Shown: piece after piece, positions 10,270-19,160 of the stretch
Position numbering within the stretch: position 1 is the stretch's first letter
How the letters are laid out: each line of letters opens with the position of its first letter
Origin: Planctomycetota bacterium
GTDB lineage: Bacteria > Planctomycetota > UBA1135 > UBA2386
Reading direction: 5' to 3'
Assembly: GCA_965228735.1 (NCBI GenBank)
Contig: OZ245838.1
Span: 1,216,001 to 1,280,000 of the forward strand
DNA length: 64,000 nucleotides
Position numbers and translations under genes: made by a program
The notes under the pieces: model-generated
What the model saw: the letters and a program-made list of their open reading frames with translations, nothing else
Told to the model about the DNA's origin: nothing
The model's database searches: none

Positions 10270-12333
10270 TCAGAGGATGTCGAGGATGCCGGTGACCCCG
10301 TCGGTCAGGGTCGCGGTGTTCGCGCGGTAGTTCGTGTTCACCGCGATCTTGCTGCCCCAGGGCAACAGCTCCTTGTCGCCGACGCCGCCGAGCGCGACCG
10401 CCGCGAAGGCGCGGGACAGCTGGTTGATGTCGCGGTCGCCGAGGAGCCGAACGAGCGGCTCGATCGAGCCGCGATCGCCGATGAAGCCGAGCGCCGAGCT
10501 CAGCGACGACAGCCGCGCCAGGTTGCTGTCGCTGTCCTCGAGCATCGCGACGAGATCGCGCGCGGCGCGCTTGTCGCCGATCTTGCCGAGCGCCACGGCG
10601 GCCTGGTTGAGCAGCAGGGGGCGCCGCGTCGACGAGTGGATGATGTCACGCAGCGCCTCGCGGCTCGCGAGATCGTTCATGAGCGACAGGCCGATCGCGA
10701 GGTAGCCGCCCATCTCTTCCTTCTGCTGCGTGCTCAGCATGAGCTCTCGCATCGTGTCCGCCGCGTCGACGTAGCGGGCGAGGCCGAGCGCGATCGCGAT
10801 CGCGCCCTTCACGCTCGGGTTCTTCGTCGAACGGAACTCGTCGAACAGGATCGCGCCGAGGCCCGCATCCGCATCGATGGTGTTCTTCGCCTGCTTCTGC
10901 TGCTCGTAGTCGGCGTGCGCGAGCACGCCGAGCGCGAGCGCGCACCATGGCTTCTCGATCCCGTTGGCGTTCGCGAGCAGCCGCAGCACCTGCTTGCGGT
11001 TGGCCTTGCCGCCGATCTGACCGAGCGCCAGGACCGCGAAGTTCCGCGTCTGGGCGTCCCGGTCCTTCTGGTAGGTCGTCACGAGCTGGGCCGCGAGATC
11101 CGTATCGGACACCTGGCCGAGCTGGCCGAGCGCGAGCGCGCACGACCGGCGCAGATCGTGCGACCGGCGCTTCTGCTGGCCGAGCCGGCCGGCGAGCCCC
11201 TCGCGGAAGAGCGCGCGGAAGTCGTCGGCGCGCGGGTGGTCGCGCCCGAGGAGCTTCGCGATCGCGGTGGGGCAGTGCGCCTGCACGAGCTGGTCGCCGA
11301 CGCCGATGTCGCGGCGGTAGTAGTCCGCGAGCAGATCGACGGTCTCGTCGAGCAGCTTGCTCTCTTCGGGGCGGCTCGGGTTGAGCCGCAGCAGGCTCAA
11401 GCCGTGGATCGCCGCGACGCGCAGGTTGCGCCCGCTGCGCTCGACGGCGCGACCGAGGATCGGCGACAACGTGTCGAACGCCTGGCGCTTCAGCGCGACG
11501 TCACCCGTGCTGTGCGCCGCGAGGCCGATCGCGTAGGCCGCGAACGCCCGCGTCCGCTCGTTCACGCTCGAACCACCGCTGGCCTTGCGGCCGGCGCTGT
11601 TGTCCGCGACGAGGTCGCGCAGCAGCTCGAGCTGGCGCGGCATCGCGGTCGTCTCGCCGGCGATGCCGAGCGCGAGCGCGGCCGACTCCCGCGTCTCCTG
11701 GTTGTTCGCCGCGAGCCGTTCGGCGAAGACGTCGACGAGCGCGAAGTCACGGTGGTCCTCGCCGACCTTCGCGAGCGCCACGAGGCACGAGCTCACGACG
11801 TCGTTGTCCTGCGGCCCCGCGTCGTCGAGCGCGCGCTTGAGCGCTGGCACGACCCGGTTCATGAGGTCGTGCTCCGTCGGCCGCAACGTGTCGTCGGAGA
11901 ACTTGCGGGAACGGACGCCGAGCCAGTGATCATCACTGCCGGTGCGGACCTCGGGGCTGTGCACCTTGGCCTTGAGCATCAGGTACGGGTCCTTGTTGAG
12001 TTCCCACCAGTAGACCCAGCGGGTCAGGTCGTCGGACAGCCCGCCGCCGCCGCCGCCACGCGTCGTCGCGCCGCCAGGGCCGGGCACTCCGGGCGCGCCG
12101 CCGCCACCGGTCGCGCCGGGCCGGCTGCCGCTGCCCGTGGGGCCGGGCTGCGTCGGGCCACTGGGGCCGCCGGTCGTCGGGCCACCGGGGCCGCCCGAGC
12201 GGCCGCCGCGACCGCCGCCACTCGGGTCGACGACGTCACCGGGTCCGCGGTAGCGGCCACCGTGCGCATCCACGGTCTCGCTGAGGAGCATGCCCGCGCA
12301 GAGCGCGACACTGCAGGAAAGTAGGAGCTTCAT
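10270..12333 (-). CDS. Secreted HEAT-repeat protein, paralogue B
   Basis: Start MKLLLSCSVALCAG at ATG 12333; TVDA-HGGRYRGPGDVV, Gly/Pro linker, DDLTRWVYWWELNKDP, HEAT-like units, ends GILDIL. Confidence 0.88.
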   Translation of the reverse strand: MKLLLSCSVALCAGMLLSETVDAHGGRYRGPGDVVDPSGGGRGGRSGGPGGPTTGGPSGPTQPGPTGSGSRPGATGGGGAPGVPGPGGATTRGGGGGGLSDDLTRWVYWWELNKDPYLMLKAKVHSPEVRTGSDDHWLGVRSRKFSDDTLRPTEHDLMNRVVPALKRALDDAGPQDNDVVSSCLVALAKVGEDHRDFALVDVFAERLAANNQETRESAALALGIAGETTAMPRQLELLRDLVADNSAGRKASGGSSVNERTRAFAAYAIGLAAHSTGDVALKRQAFDTLSPILGRAVERSGRNLRVAAIHGLSLLRLNPSRPEESKLLDETVDLLADYYRRDIGVGDQLVQAHCPTAIAKLLGRDHPRADDFRALFREGLAGRLGQQKRRSHDLRRSCALALGQLGQVSDTDLAAQLVTTYQKDRDAQTRNFAVLALGQIGGKANRKQVLRLLANANGIEKPWCALALGVLAHADYEQQKQAKNTIDADAGLGAILFDEFRSTKNPSVKGAIAIALGLARYVDAADTMRELMLSTQQKEEMGGYLAIGLSLMNDLASREALRDIIHSSTRRPLLLNQAAVALGKIGDKRAARDLVAMLEDSDSNLARLSSLSSALGFIGDRGSIEPLVRLLGDRDINQLSRAFAAVALGGVGDKELLPWGSKIAVNTNYRANTATLTDGVTGILDIL

Positions 12334-12403
12334 GTTCGAACCTTTGTTCTTGCCGGCCAACCGGTGGCCGTTCCGACGCGAGTTCGGCGACGTGGAACGA
12401 CAG

Positions 12404-12420
12404 AGCAAGAGCCGGGCCAA
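12404..12420 (-). promoter_or_regulatory. Putative sigma54 (-24/-12) promoter of HEAT paralogues B and C
   Basis: The minus strand reads TTGGCCCGGCTCTTGCT, i.e. TGGC...TTGC with exact GG-N10-GC spacing, about 70 nt upstream of ATG 12333. Confidence 0.7.
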
Positions 12421-12574
12421 AGGCCGAATGACCCCGCTGCGTGACAGCTGGCGGGGATTCGTTACGCAGCGTGCCCAATAGCGCGGAGGCGCGGGTCCCA
12501 GCGAGGACCGGGGCGATCGCACGCGCCGGCGCCCACGCTCGCTCCGACGCGGGCTCAACTGCCGGGCGGTACGC

Positions 12575-12613
12575 GAAAGAGCCCGCGCGGTCGATGACCG
12601 CGCGGGCTCTTTC
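12575..12613 (-). terminator. Strong hairpin, likely the intrinsic terminator after HEAT paralogue A
   Basis: Perfect 18-bp inverted repeat GAAAGAGCCCGCGCGGTC-gat-GACCGCGCGGGCTCTTTC about 50 nt downstream of the stop at 12662. Confidence 0.75.
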
Positions 12614-12661
12614 CGCGTCACGCGCTGCGAGCGGCAGACCGCTCGCGAGCGCTGAAGCGCA

Positions 12662-14746
12662 CTACAGGATGTCGAGGATACCCGACGTCTGGTTCGTCAG
12701 CGTTTCGACCGCGGCGCGATAGTTGGTGTTGACCGCGATCTTGCTGTTCCACGGCAGCAGCTCCTTGTCGGCGACGCCACCGAGGGCGACGGCCGCGAAC
12801 GCGCGCGACAGCTGGCTGATCGACGTGTCGTCGAGCATCTGCTTCAGCGGCGTGACCGAACGCTGGTCACCGATGAAGCCGAGCGCGGACGCGATGGCCG
12901 ACAGCTTCGCGAGGTTGGTCCCGCCTTCGTCGACCATGAGGCGGCGGAGCTGATCCGCGACCTTCTTGTCGCCGAGCTTGCCGAGCGCGATCGCCGCCTG
13001 CTGCAGCAGCTCCGGACGACGCGTGGCTTCGTCGACGACGCGGCTGATGTCGAGGATCGACGTCGTGTCGTTCATCAGCGCCAGGCCGATGCAGAGGTAG
13101 CCGGCCATGGCTTCCTGCTGCACGTTCTGGAGCATCTTGCTCCGCATCGCGTCGGCGGCTTCCGTGTACTTGTTGAGCCCCAGGGCGACGGCGAGCGAGC
13201 CGATCAGGTTGGGGTTCTTCTCCTTGCGGAACGCGTCGTAGAGCGTCTCGCCGATCAGCTCTTCCGGCACGGCCGAGCCGCCGCTCTTCTGCTCTTCGTA
13301 CTTGAAGAACGAGTAGACGCCGAGCGCGAGCGCGCACCACGGCTTCTCGAGCGTCTTGGCCTTGTCGAACTCCTTCAGGATCGCCGAACGGTTGAGCTCG
13401 CCACCGATCTGACCGAGGGCCAGGATCGAGAAGAACTTCGTCTGCTGGTCCTTGCTGTCGTGCCAGCTGTCGAGCAGCAGCTTGTTGTACTCGTGGTCCG
13501 GGTTGTCCTTCTTGTCCTTGCTGTTGTTCGGACGGACGAGCTGGCCGAGCGCGAGCGCGGCCGAGCGCTGGATGTCACGGCTCTGGGCGCGATCCTTGTT
13601 CTTGCGCTCGAGGTCCTTCGCGAACATCGCCTTGAAGTGGTCGGCGCGCGGGTGGTTGCGGCCGATCAGCTTCGCGATCGCGGTCGCGCAGTGCGCCTGG
13701 ATCAGCTGGTCACCGGCGCCCATCTTGGTCGTGTAGTACTCCTCGAGCACGGCCACGGCCTCGTCGAGCAGCTTGGTCTCCTCGGGGCGGTCGGTGCCGA
13801 GCTTGAGCAGGCTGATGCCGTGGATCGCCGCCACGCGCAGGTTACGGTCGCTCTTCGGCGCCTTCGGATCGAGGATCGGCTTGAGCGCCTCGAACGCCTG
13901 CCGCTTGAGGTCGAGGTCCGCGGTCAGGTACGACGCGAGGCCGAGGCCGTAGGCCGCGAACGAACGCGTGCGCTCGTTGACCTGCGAGGCTTCGCTGGCC
14001 TTCTTGCCCGCGTCGCTGTTCGCGACGAGGTCGGCGAGCAGCTGGAACTGCTCCTTGGCCATGCCCGTCGGGCCCGCGATGCCGAGCGCCAGCGCGGCCG
14101 TTTCACGGATCTCCTGGTTGTTGGCCGTCAGGCGCGTGCGGAAGACGTCGTAGAGCTTGAAGTCCTGGTGGTCCTTGCCGACCTTGGCCATCGCCACGAG
14201 GCACGAGCTGATGATGTCGAAGTCGCGCTCCAGCGTGTCGTCCAGCGAGCGCTTCAGCACGGGCAGGATCTCGCCCATGATCTGCTCCTGCGTCGGACGC
14301 AGCGAGTCCTTGGCGTCGCTCTTGCGGCCCGCGCCGAGGTAGAAGTCGTCACTACCGGTCTTCGGACCGGAGCTGATGACCGCTTCGCGCAGGCGGATGA
14401 ACGGGTCCTTGTTGAACTCCCACCAGAACTCCCAGCGCGTGAGGTCGTCGCTGATCTGCATACCGCGCTGACCGGTCGAGGCCGCGCCGCCGCCGCCCGG
14501 ACCCGAAGGACCGCCGGTCGCCGGGCCGGACGCACCGGGCGTCGTGGGGCCGGACGGGCCAGGAGCGCTGGGACCGCTCGGGCCACCGGTCGTGGGGCCA
14601 CCAGGGCCACCCGTGCCGCGGCCACCGCCCGGCGAGGGCGGGACGACGTCACCAGGGCCGCGATACTGGCCACCGTGGGCGTTCACCGTGTCGGGCAGGG
14701 CGCACAGCCCAGCCAGGCAGAGTCCGCTAAGGACGAGCTTCTTCAT
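12662..14746 (-). CDS. Secreted HEAT-repeat protein, paralogue A
   Basis: Start MKKLVLSGLCLAG at ATG 14746 with a GGAG Shine-Dalgarno (SD) motif; TVNA-HGGQYRGPGDVVPP, Gly/Pro linker, DDLTRWEFWWEFNKDP, HEAT-like units, ends GILDIL. Confidence 0.9.
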   Translation of the reverse strand: MKKLVLSGLCLAGLCALPDTVNAHGGQYRGPGDVVPPSPGGGRGTGGPGGPTTGGPSGPSAPGPSGPTTPGASGPATGGPSGPGGGGAASTGQRGMQISDDLTRWEFWWEFNKDPFIRLREAVISSGPKTGSDDFYLGAGRKSDAKDSLRPTQEQIMGEILPVLKRSLDDTLERDFDIISSCLVAMAKVGKDHQDFKLYDVFRTRLTANNQEIRETAALALGIAGPTGMAKEQFQLLADLVANSDAGKKASEASQVNERTRSFAAYGLGLASYLTADLDLKRQAFEALKPILDPKAPKSDRNLRVAAIHGISLLKLGTDRPEETKLLDEAVAVLEEYYTTKMGAGDQLIQAHCATAIAKLIGRNHPRADHFKAMFAKDLERKNKDRAQSRDIQRSAALALGQLVRPNNSKDKKDNPDHEYNKLLLDSWHDSKDQQTKFFSILALGQIGGELNRSAILKEFDKAKTLEKPWCALALGVYSFFKYEEQKSGGSAVPEELIGETLYDAFRKEKNPNLIGSLAVALGLNKYTEAADAMRSKMLQNVQQEAMAGYLCIGLALMNDTTSILDISRVVDEATRRPELLQQAAIALGKLGDKKVADQLRRLMVDEGGTNLAKLSAIASALGFIGDQRSVTPLKQMLDDTSISQLSRAFAAVALGGVADKELLPWNSKIAVNTNYRAAVETLTNQTSGILDIL

Positions 14747-14790
14747 TGTCGTGTGTTCTCCGCCGTCGCCGCGGTGGGCGACGGCCAGTT

Positions 14791-14870
14791 TTCGGAATGC
14801 TTGCGCTTCGGAATGCTTGCAGCTTCGGAACGCTTGCGCTTCGGAATGCTGTGCAGCGTTCGGAAGGCTT
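14791..14870. repeat. Tandem repeat, about 5 copies of ~16-bp TTCGGAATGCTTGCGC
   Basis: Units start at 14791, 14807, 14824, 14840 and 14859 (last one partial). Confidence 0.9.
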
Positions 14871-14912
14871 GGGTGATCCGGATGGTAAGAGAATCCGGGA
14901 CCACGTGCCCAA

Positions 14913-14929
14913 TGCAAAAGCGGGGCCAA
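14913..14929 (-). promoter_or_regulatory. Putative sigma54 (-24/-12) promoter of HEAT paralogue A
   Basis: The minus strand reads TTGGCCCCGCTTTTGCA with exact GG-N10-GC spacing, closely matching the motif at 12404-12420. Confidence 0.72.
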
Positions 14930-15030
14930 CGCTCGCAGAACGCGAAAGTGTGCCCCTGGGGAACCCATCGCCGGCCGAGTGTTACGAGGGCGAAACGACA
15001 AGGGGCGATCGACCGTCCGCGCGCCGCCTG

Positions 15031-15897
15031 CTACTTACGGCGTGGCCGAACCAGGCGCAGGAGCTGGCCGTGCAATCCCGGCGCCGCGCCGAGGCTCGGG
15101 AAGTGCGCGTGCTGCGCGGCCGCGAGATCCGCGAGCGGGAAGATCGGGGCCCCGGACCAGTCCGTGAAGCGCGCCCCGGCTTCGGCGACCACGAGGCCCG
15201 CCGCCGCGATGTCCCAGAGCCGCCCCTGCTCCTGCACGTTGGCGTCGAGCCGGCCCGCCGCCACATCGGCGAGCTGGGTCACCGTGCTCCCGAGGGTCCG
15301 AATGCGGCTGCCGCGCCGCTGCAAGGCCGCGACGAACGCCAATTCCTGCTGGCCGCGCAACCACTGACACCCGAGCACGGAGCCCGCATCGAGTCGGCGC
15401 GCTGGCACCGCGAGGCGCCGCCCGGCCCGCCAGGCGCCGAGGCCCCGCACCGCGGTGTACGCGACGTCCTCCGGCAGACAGTGCAGCACGGCGACGACGG
15501 GATCACCGGCCTGCAGCAGCGCGATGCTGACCGCGAAGTGCGGCAGCCCGCGCGCGAAGTTGCTCGTGCCGTCGATGGGATCGACGACCCAGACGCATTC
15601 GCGATCGAGGCCGGCCGGCGCGGTCTCCTCGCCGAGCCAGCCCGCCCCGGGCAGCAGCCGCCCCAGTTCGCGGCGCAGCCGGCGCTCGGCGCGCAGGTCG
15701 ACGGTGGTCACGAAGTCCCCGACCGCCTTCTCCCGCACGTCCGCGGGCCGCAGCCGCCCCTGGGCCGCGGCGACGTCCCGCGCGACGCGCGTTGCGATGC
15801 CGGCGACCGCCGCGGCGAGGGACTGCCGCCCGCGCGCCGTTCGGGGCAGGTTCTCGAACGCAGCGGGGGGTGTCGGCGGCAGCGATCGCGATGACAT
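15031..15897 (-). CDS. suhB: Inositol monophosphatase family protein (SuhB-like)
   Basis: DFVTTVD, GEE, WVVDPIDGTSNFARG and WDIAAA motifs. Confidence 0.88.
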   Translation of the reverse strand: MSSRSLPPTPPAAFENLPRTARGRQSLAAAVAGIATRVARDVAAAQGRLRPADVREKAVGDFVTTVDLRAERRLRRELGRLLPGAGWLGEETAPAGLDRECVWVVDPIDGTSNFARGLPHFAVSIALLQAGDPVVAVLHCLPEDVAYTAVRGLGAWRAGRRLAVPARRLDAGSVLGCQWLRGQQELAFVAALQRRGSRIRTLGSTVTQLADVAAGRLDANVQEQGRLWDIAAAGLVVAEAGARFTDWSGAPIFPLADLAAAQHAHFPSLGAAPGLHGQLLRLVRPRRK

Positions 15898-15982
15898 CGT
15901 GGCCGCACCTTAGTCGCGTTCCCGCGACACCACAAAAGGGATGCAAGGCGCTCGCCGGTGGCTACAAGTGCAGTCGCCAACC

Positions 15983-17338
15983 ATGGAACGAGACGTCCGT
16001 ATCCGGCGCGGCGGCCTGCTCGGCCTCGTGGCCCTCGCGGCCCTCGCGGCTTGCGCGAGCGGCCCCGACCCGGAGCCCGCAGCGCCCGAGCGCGGCTTCG
16101 GGGCCGGCACGACGTCGTTCGTGCGCGGCGGCGAACGGCCGGGACCGGCGCCCGGGCAGCCCCCGAGCAGGCCTCGTACACCGCCTGCCGAGGCCGTGAG
16201 CGCAGCGGCCCCGACCGTGCCGGTCACCGCGACCCCGGCGACGGCCACCGCGAAGCCCGGAACTCCGACTGCTGGTTCCCCGAATCGGGTCTCCTCGAAT
16301 GGGGGCTCCCCGAATGGGAGTTCCCCGGCGACAGGCGACCCGACCGCTTTGGCAGCGGCTCGCAGGGCGCCGGCGCCGGAGCGCCCGACACCGTCGGTGC
16401 ACCCGCTCGTGCAGCGCGAACGCGAGCTGCGCGAACAGCTCCGCGGGGACGGCGCGGTCGGTGCCGCCCTCGACCTGGCGGCGCTGCTCTGTGACCTCGA
16501 GCGCCATCGCGAAGCGCGCGGGATGCTGCGCGTCGTGCGCCAACGCACGCCGGACCATGCCCTCACCGTGGCCCTCGCCGGCGTCGAGCGCGACCTCGGC
16601 CAGCGCCACCTCGCGGCGCAGGAGCTCGAGCAACTGCGAGAGAGCGCGGGCGCGGCGGCGCTGCATCCGGGGCTGCTCTTCGAGCTCGCCGAGCTGCAGT
16701 GGCTCGAGGGCAACGAAGCGGCCGCGCTCACGACCCTCGAGCAACTGCGGCGCGTGCACGCGGACGACCCGTGGTGCACCAGCAACGGCGAGGAACTCGC
16801 GGCGCTCGCCGCCGAGATCCGCGAGCACGACGCGCCGCAGCGGGTGGCGATCCGCGACCTGCTCGGCAACCTGCGCGGCGGTCCGCGGCCTGGCATTCGC
16901 CTGCGGACGCTCGAGCAGCTGCTGAAGGTCGCGCGCGACCCCGCGACGAAGCGCGATCTCGGCGCGCTCGAACGACGCGCGCTGGCCGCGGCGGTCGCCG
17001 ACCCGTCGGCGGCGGTACGGGCGCGCGCGATCCAGCTCGGCCCGTCGGAGACGACGGATCGGCGCGCGTTCTTCGGCGTGGCCCTGGCCGACGCCGACCC
17101 GCTCGTCCGCGGGGTCGCGGCCGCGAGGGCCGTCGAACTGCTCGGCCGTGACGCGGGGCCGCTGCTGTTCGCGCGCCTCCTGGTCGAGCCGGACCCCGCG
17201 ACGTTCCGCGCCCTGGACAACGAGTTGCGCGGACTCGTCGGACAGTCGGTGAAGAGCACCCTGACGTTGCCGACCGCCGCCGACCGACTCGCGACGGTCG
17301 CGGCCTGGCAGGAACGGCGCGAGGAGCTCGGTTGGTAG
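15983..17338 (+). CDS. Lipoprotein with Pro-rich linker, TPR-like and HEAT-like repeats
   Basis: Lipobox LAAC (ALAALAAC-ASG), Pro/Ala/Ser linker, then helical repeats (DPSAAVRARA; DADPLVRGVAA). Confidence 0.75.
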   Translation: MERDVRIRRGGLLGLVALAALAACASGPDPEPAAPERGFGAGTTSFVRGGERPGPAPGQPPSRPRTPPAEAVSAAAPTVPVTATPATATAKPGTPTAGSPNRVSSNGGSPNGSSPATGDPTALAAARRAPAPERPTPSVHPLVQRERELREQLRGDGAVGAALDLAALLCDLERHREARGMLRVVRQRTPDHALTVALAGVERDLGQRHLAAQELEQLRESAGAAALHPGLLFELAELQWLEGNEAAALTTLEQLRRVHADDPWCTSNGEELAALAAEIREHDAPQRVAIRDLLGNLRGGPRPGIRLRTLEQLLKVARDPATKRDLGALERRALAAAVADPSAAVRARAIQLGPSETTDRRAFFGVALADADPLVRGVAAARAVELLGRDAGPLLFARLLVEPDPATFRALDNELRGLVGQSVKSTLTLPTAADRLATVAAWQERREELGW

Positions 17339-18570
17339 AGCGCCAGGCTTCAGCACGATTCCGGCGGCGCCGGCTCGGCGGTCTCGGGTGGGCACTGGGC
17401 CCGCTCGCCCTCGCGGGCTGCTCCGTCGCGGACAACCTGACGTATCCCGAGATCGCGGGCGAGCTCGATCGGATCGTCGAGGTGCGCGGCGAGGGTGCCG
17501 AGCAGACCATCCGCTACGCCGACCGGGCGGAGGTCTCGGTGTGGTACATGCGCAACGTGCTGTTCCTGCCGTTCCGGCTGCTGCTGGGCTACGTCGCGGG
17601 CAGCACGAGCTTCGTCGAGCTCGAGAACCCGTCCCAGCACGCGCGCGAGCTCATGCTCGAGTTGCCCGACGAGGTCGGCGGCGACCTGTCGCGCGGCGCG
17701 GACGCGATCGCGCGCCTGCTCCTCGTCGCCGAGCTCGACGACAACCCGGCGAACGTCATCGTCGCCCTCGACGGTTCGGTGCGCGTCATGCGTCAGCTGG
17801 GGCTCGACGGGGTCGGCGATCCGGCGACGATCGACCAGCCGGTCGCGGTCGCCCGCATCGACGCCGCGCGTGCCACGATCCGATCGTCGCGACCGGGTGC
17901 GCGCGACGCCACGACCGCCGAGCTCACGGGCGAACTGCGCGACGATTACCGTACCGCCGTCGCGACGCTCGTCGAACGGCCGCTCCCGACGTGGTCCAAT
18001 CGCATCGCGCTGATCGGCGATCTGCTCGCGCTCTGGCAGCAGGAACCGGATCGCGAACTGCGCAGCGAGCTCGCGTCGCACCTGCGAACCGCGATCGCGC
18101 ACGCCGTCCGCGGCGCGCTGATCCGCGAGCTTCGCGACACGACGCGCGATCGCGCCGACGTCCGGTTGTGCGCGATCCAGCTCTTCCGCGGCCTCGGCGG
18201 CCCCGAGAGCGTCGCGTTCCTGCTCGCCCTGACGGTGGAACCGATCTCGAGCGCGCGCCGCACCGCCGCGCGGTACGACCCGGACCTGCTCGTGCAGCTC
18301 CGGCTCATCCACCTGTGCGGGCAGCTGTCGGGCGAACTCGCGACGCGCGCCGTGGCCCTGCCCGGCCAGGAGTCGTGGCAGGTCATCGCGCCGGCGGACT
18401 TCCTGGCCGAGATCATCCTCACCGAACGCGACGCCTACGAGGAGAGCCTGATCTACAGCCGCCTGCGGATCCCGGCGCTCATCGCCTTGAGCCTCGCGCT
18501 CGGCCGCCCCACCCTCGAGTTCGACGAGGCGTGGGTCAAGGCCTGGTACGAAGGGCGGCCGCGACTCTGA
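17332..18570 (+). CDS. Putative lipoprotein, all-helical, unknown function
   Basis: Basic N-region plus LALAGC lipobox; good coding bias; overlaps the upstream stop. Exact start uncertain. Confidence 0.7.
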   Translation: MVERQASARFRRRRLGGLGWALGPLALAGCSVADNLTYPEIAGELDRIVEVRGEGAEQTIRYADRAEVSVWYMRNVLFLPFRLLLGYVAGSTSFVELENPSQHARELMLELPDEVGGDLSRGADAIARLLLVAELDDNPANVIVALDGSVRVMRQLGLDGVGDPATIDQPVAVARIDAARATIRSSRPGARDATTAELTGELRDDYRTAVATLVERPLPTWSNRIALIGDLLALWQQEPDRELRSELASHLRTAIAHAVRGALIRELRDTTRDRADVRLCAIQLFRGLGGPESVAFLLALTVEPISSARRTAARYDPDLLVQLRLIHLCGQLSGELATRAVALPGQESWQVIAPADFLAEIILTERDAYEESLIYSRLRIPALIALSLALGRPTLEFDEAWVKAWYEGRPRL

Positions 18571-18578
18571 AGAACCGG

Positions 18579-19160
18579 ATGACGGCCCCTCAGATCAGCT
18601 GGCTCGACGAGCCGATCCGCTACGACGGCACGCAGCTCGCGGCGCACTGGATCCTCGACCGGACGGGACTCGTCGGTGATGCGCTCGTCGGCTTCCGCGG
18701 TGCCTGTGCGGTCGCGACCGACGCGATCGCCGACCTCGCGGACCTCGACGGTCCCGGGATCGCAGGCGACGACATGGTGCACCTGCTGTGGGAGTGCTTC
18801 AGCGCGCCGGACCTGCTGCTCGCCGTGCATCGCCAACGGCTGCTCGCGGCCCAGGCCAGGGCACTGGTTCAGGAGCTCGCGCCCGCGCCGATCGCCGAGC
18901 TGCGCCGCGACGGCGACGATCTCTACGTCGGCGAGGCCAAGCTGTCGATCTCGATCGCGACCGTGACACCCGTCAGCAGCCTCGTGCACTTCGCCGTCAA
19001 CGTCGCGGCCACCGGCGCGCCCGTGGCGATCACCGGACTCGACGCGCTCGGCATCGACGCCAGGGAGTTCGGTGAGGCGCTGCTGCAGCGCGCCGCGGAC
19101 GAACAGCGCAGCATCGATACAGCCCGGGCACTCGTGCGGCCGAAGGGGGAGTGGCGGTGA
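18579..19160 (+). CDS. DUF366 family protein (BPL/LplA-like fold)
   Basis: IRYDGTQLAAHWI...GDALVGFRGAC, RQRLL, RDGDDLY, KLSISIAT and HFAVNV motifs recognised as DUF366-like. Start at ATG 18579. Confidence 0.8.
   Translation: MTAPQISWLDEPIRYDGTQLAAHWILDRTGLVGDALVGFRGACAVATDAIADLADLDGPGIAGDDMVHLLWECFSAPDLLLAVHRQRLLAAQARALVQELAPAPIAELRRDGDDLYVGEAKLSISIATVTPVSSLVHFAVNVAATGAPVAITGLDALGIDAREFGEALLQRAADEQRSIDTARALVRPKGEWR

Noticed and set aside
12334..15001. Longer N-termini given by the ORF track for HEAT paralogues A and B (starts 15001 and 12621)
   Set aside because: Signal peptides begin at ATG 14746 and 12333. The extensions run through promoter motifs, repeats and a terminator hairpin.
15942..15958. 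Third sigma54-like motif (CCGGCGAGCGCCTTGCA, minus strand) upstream of suhB
   Set aside because: The spacing fits but the -24 element is poor, and a TAAGGT -10-like hexamer near the start is a simpler explanation.
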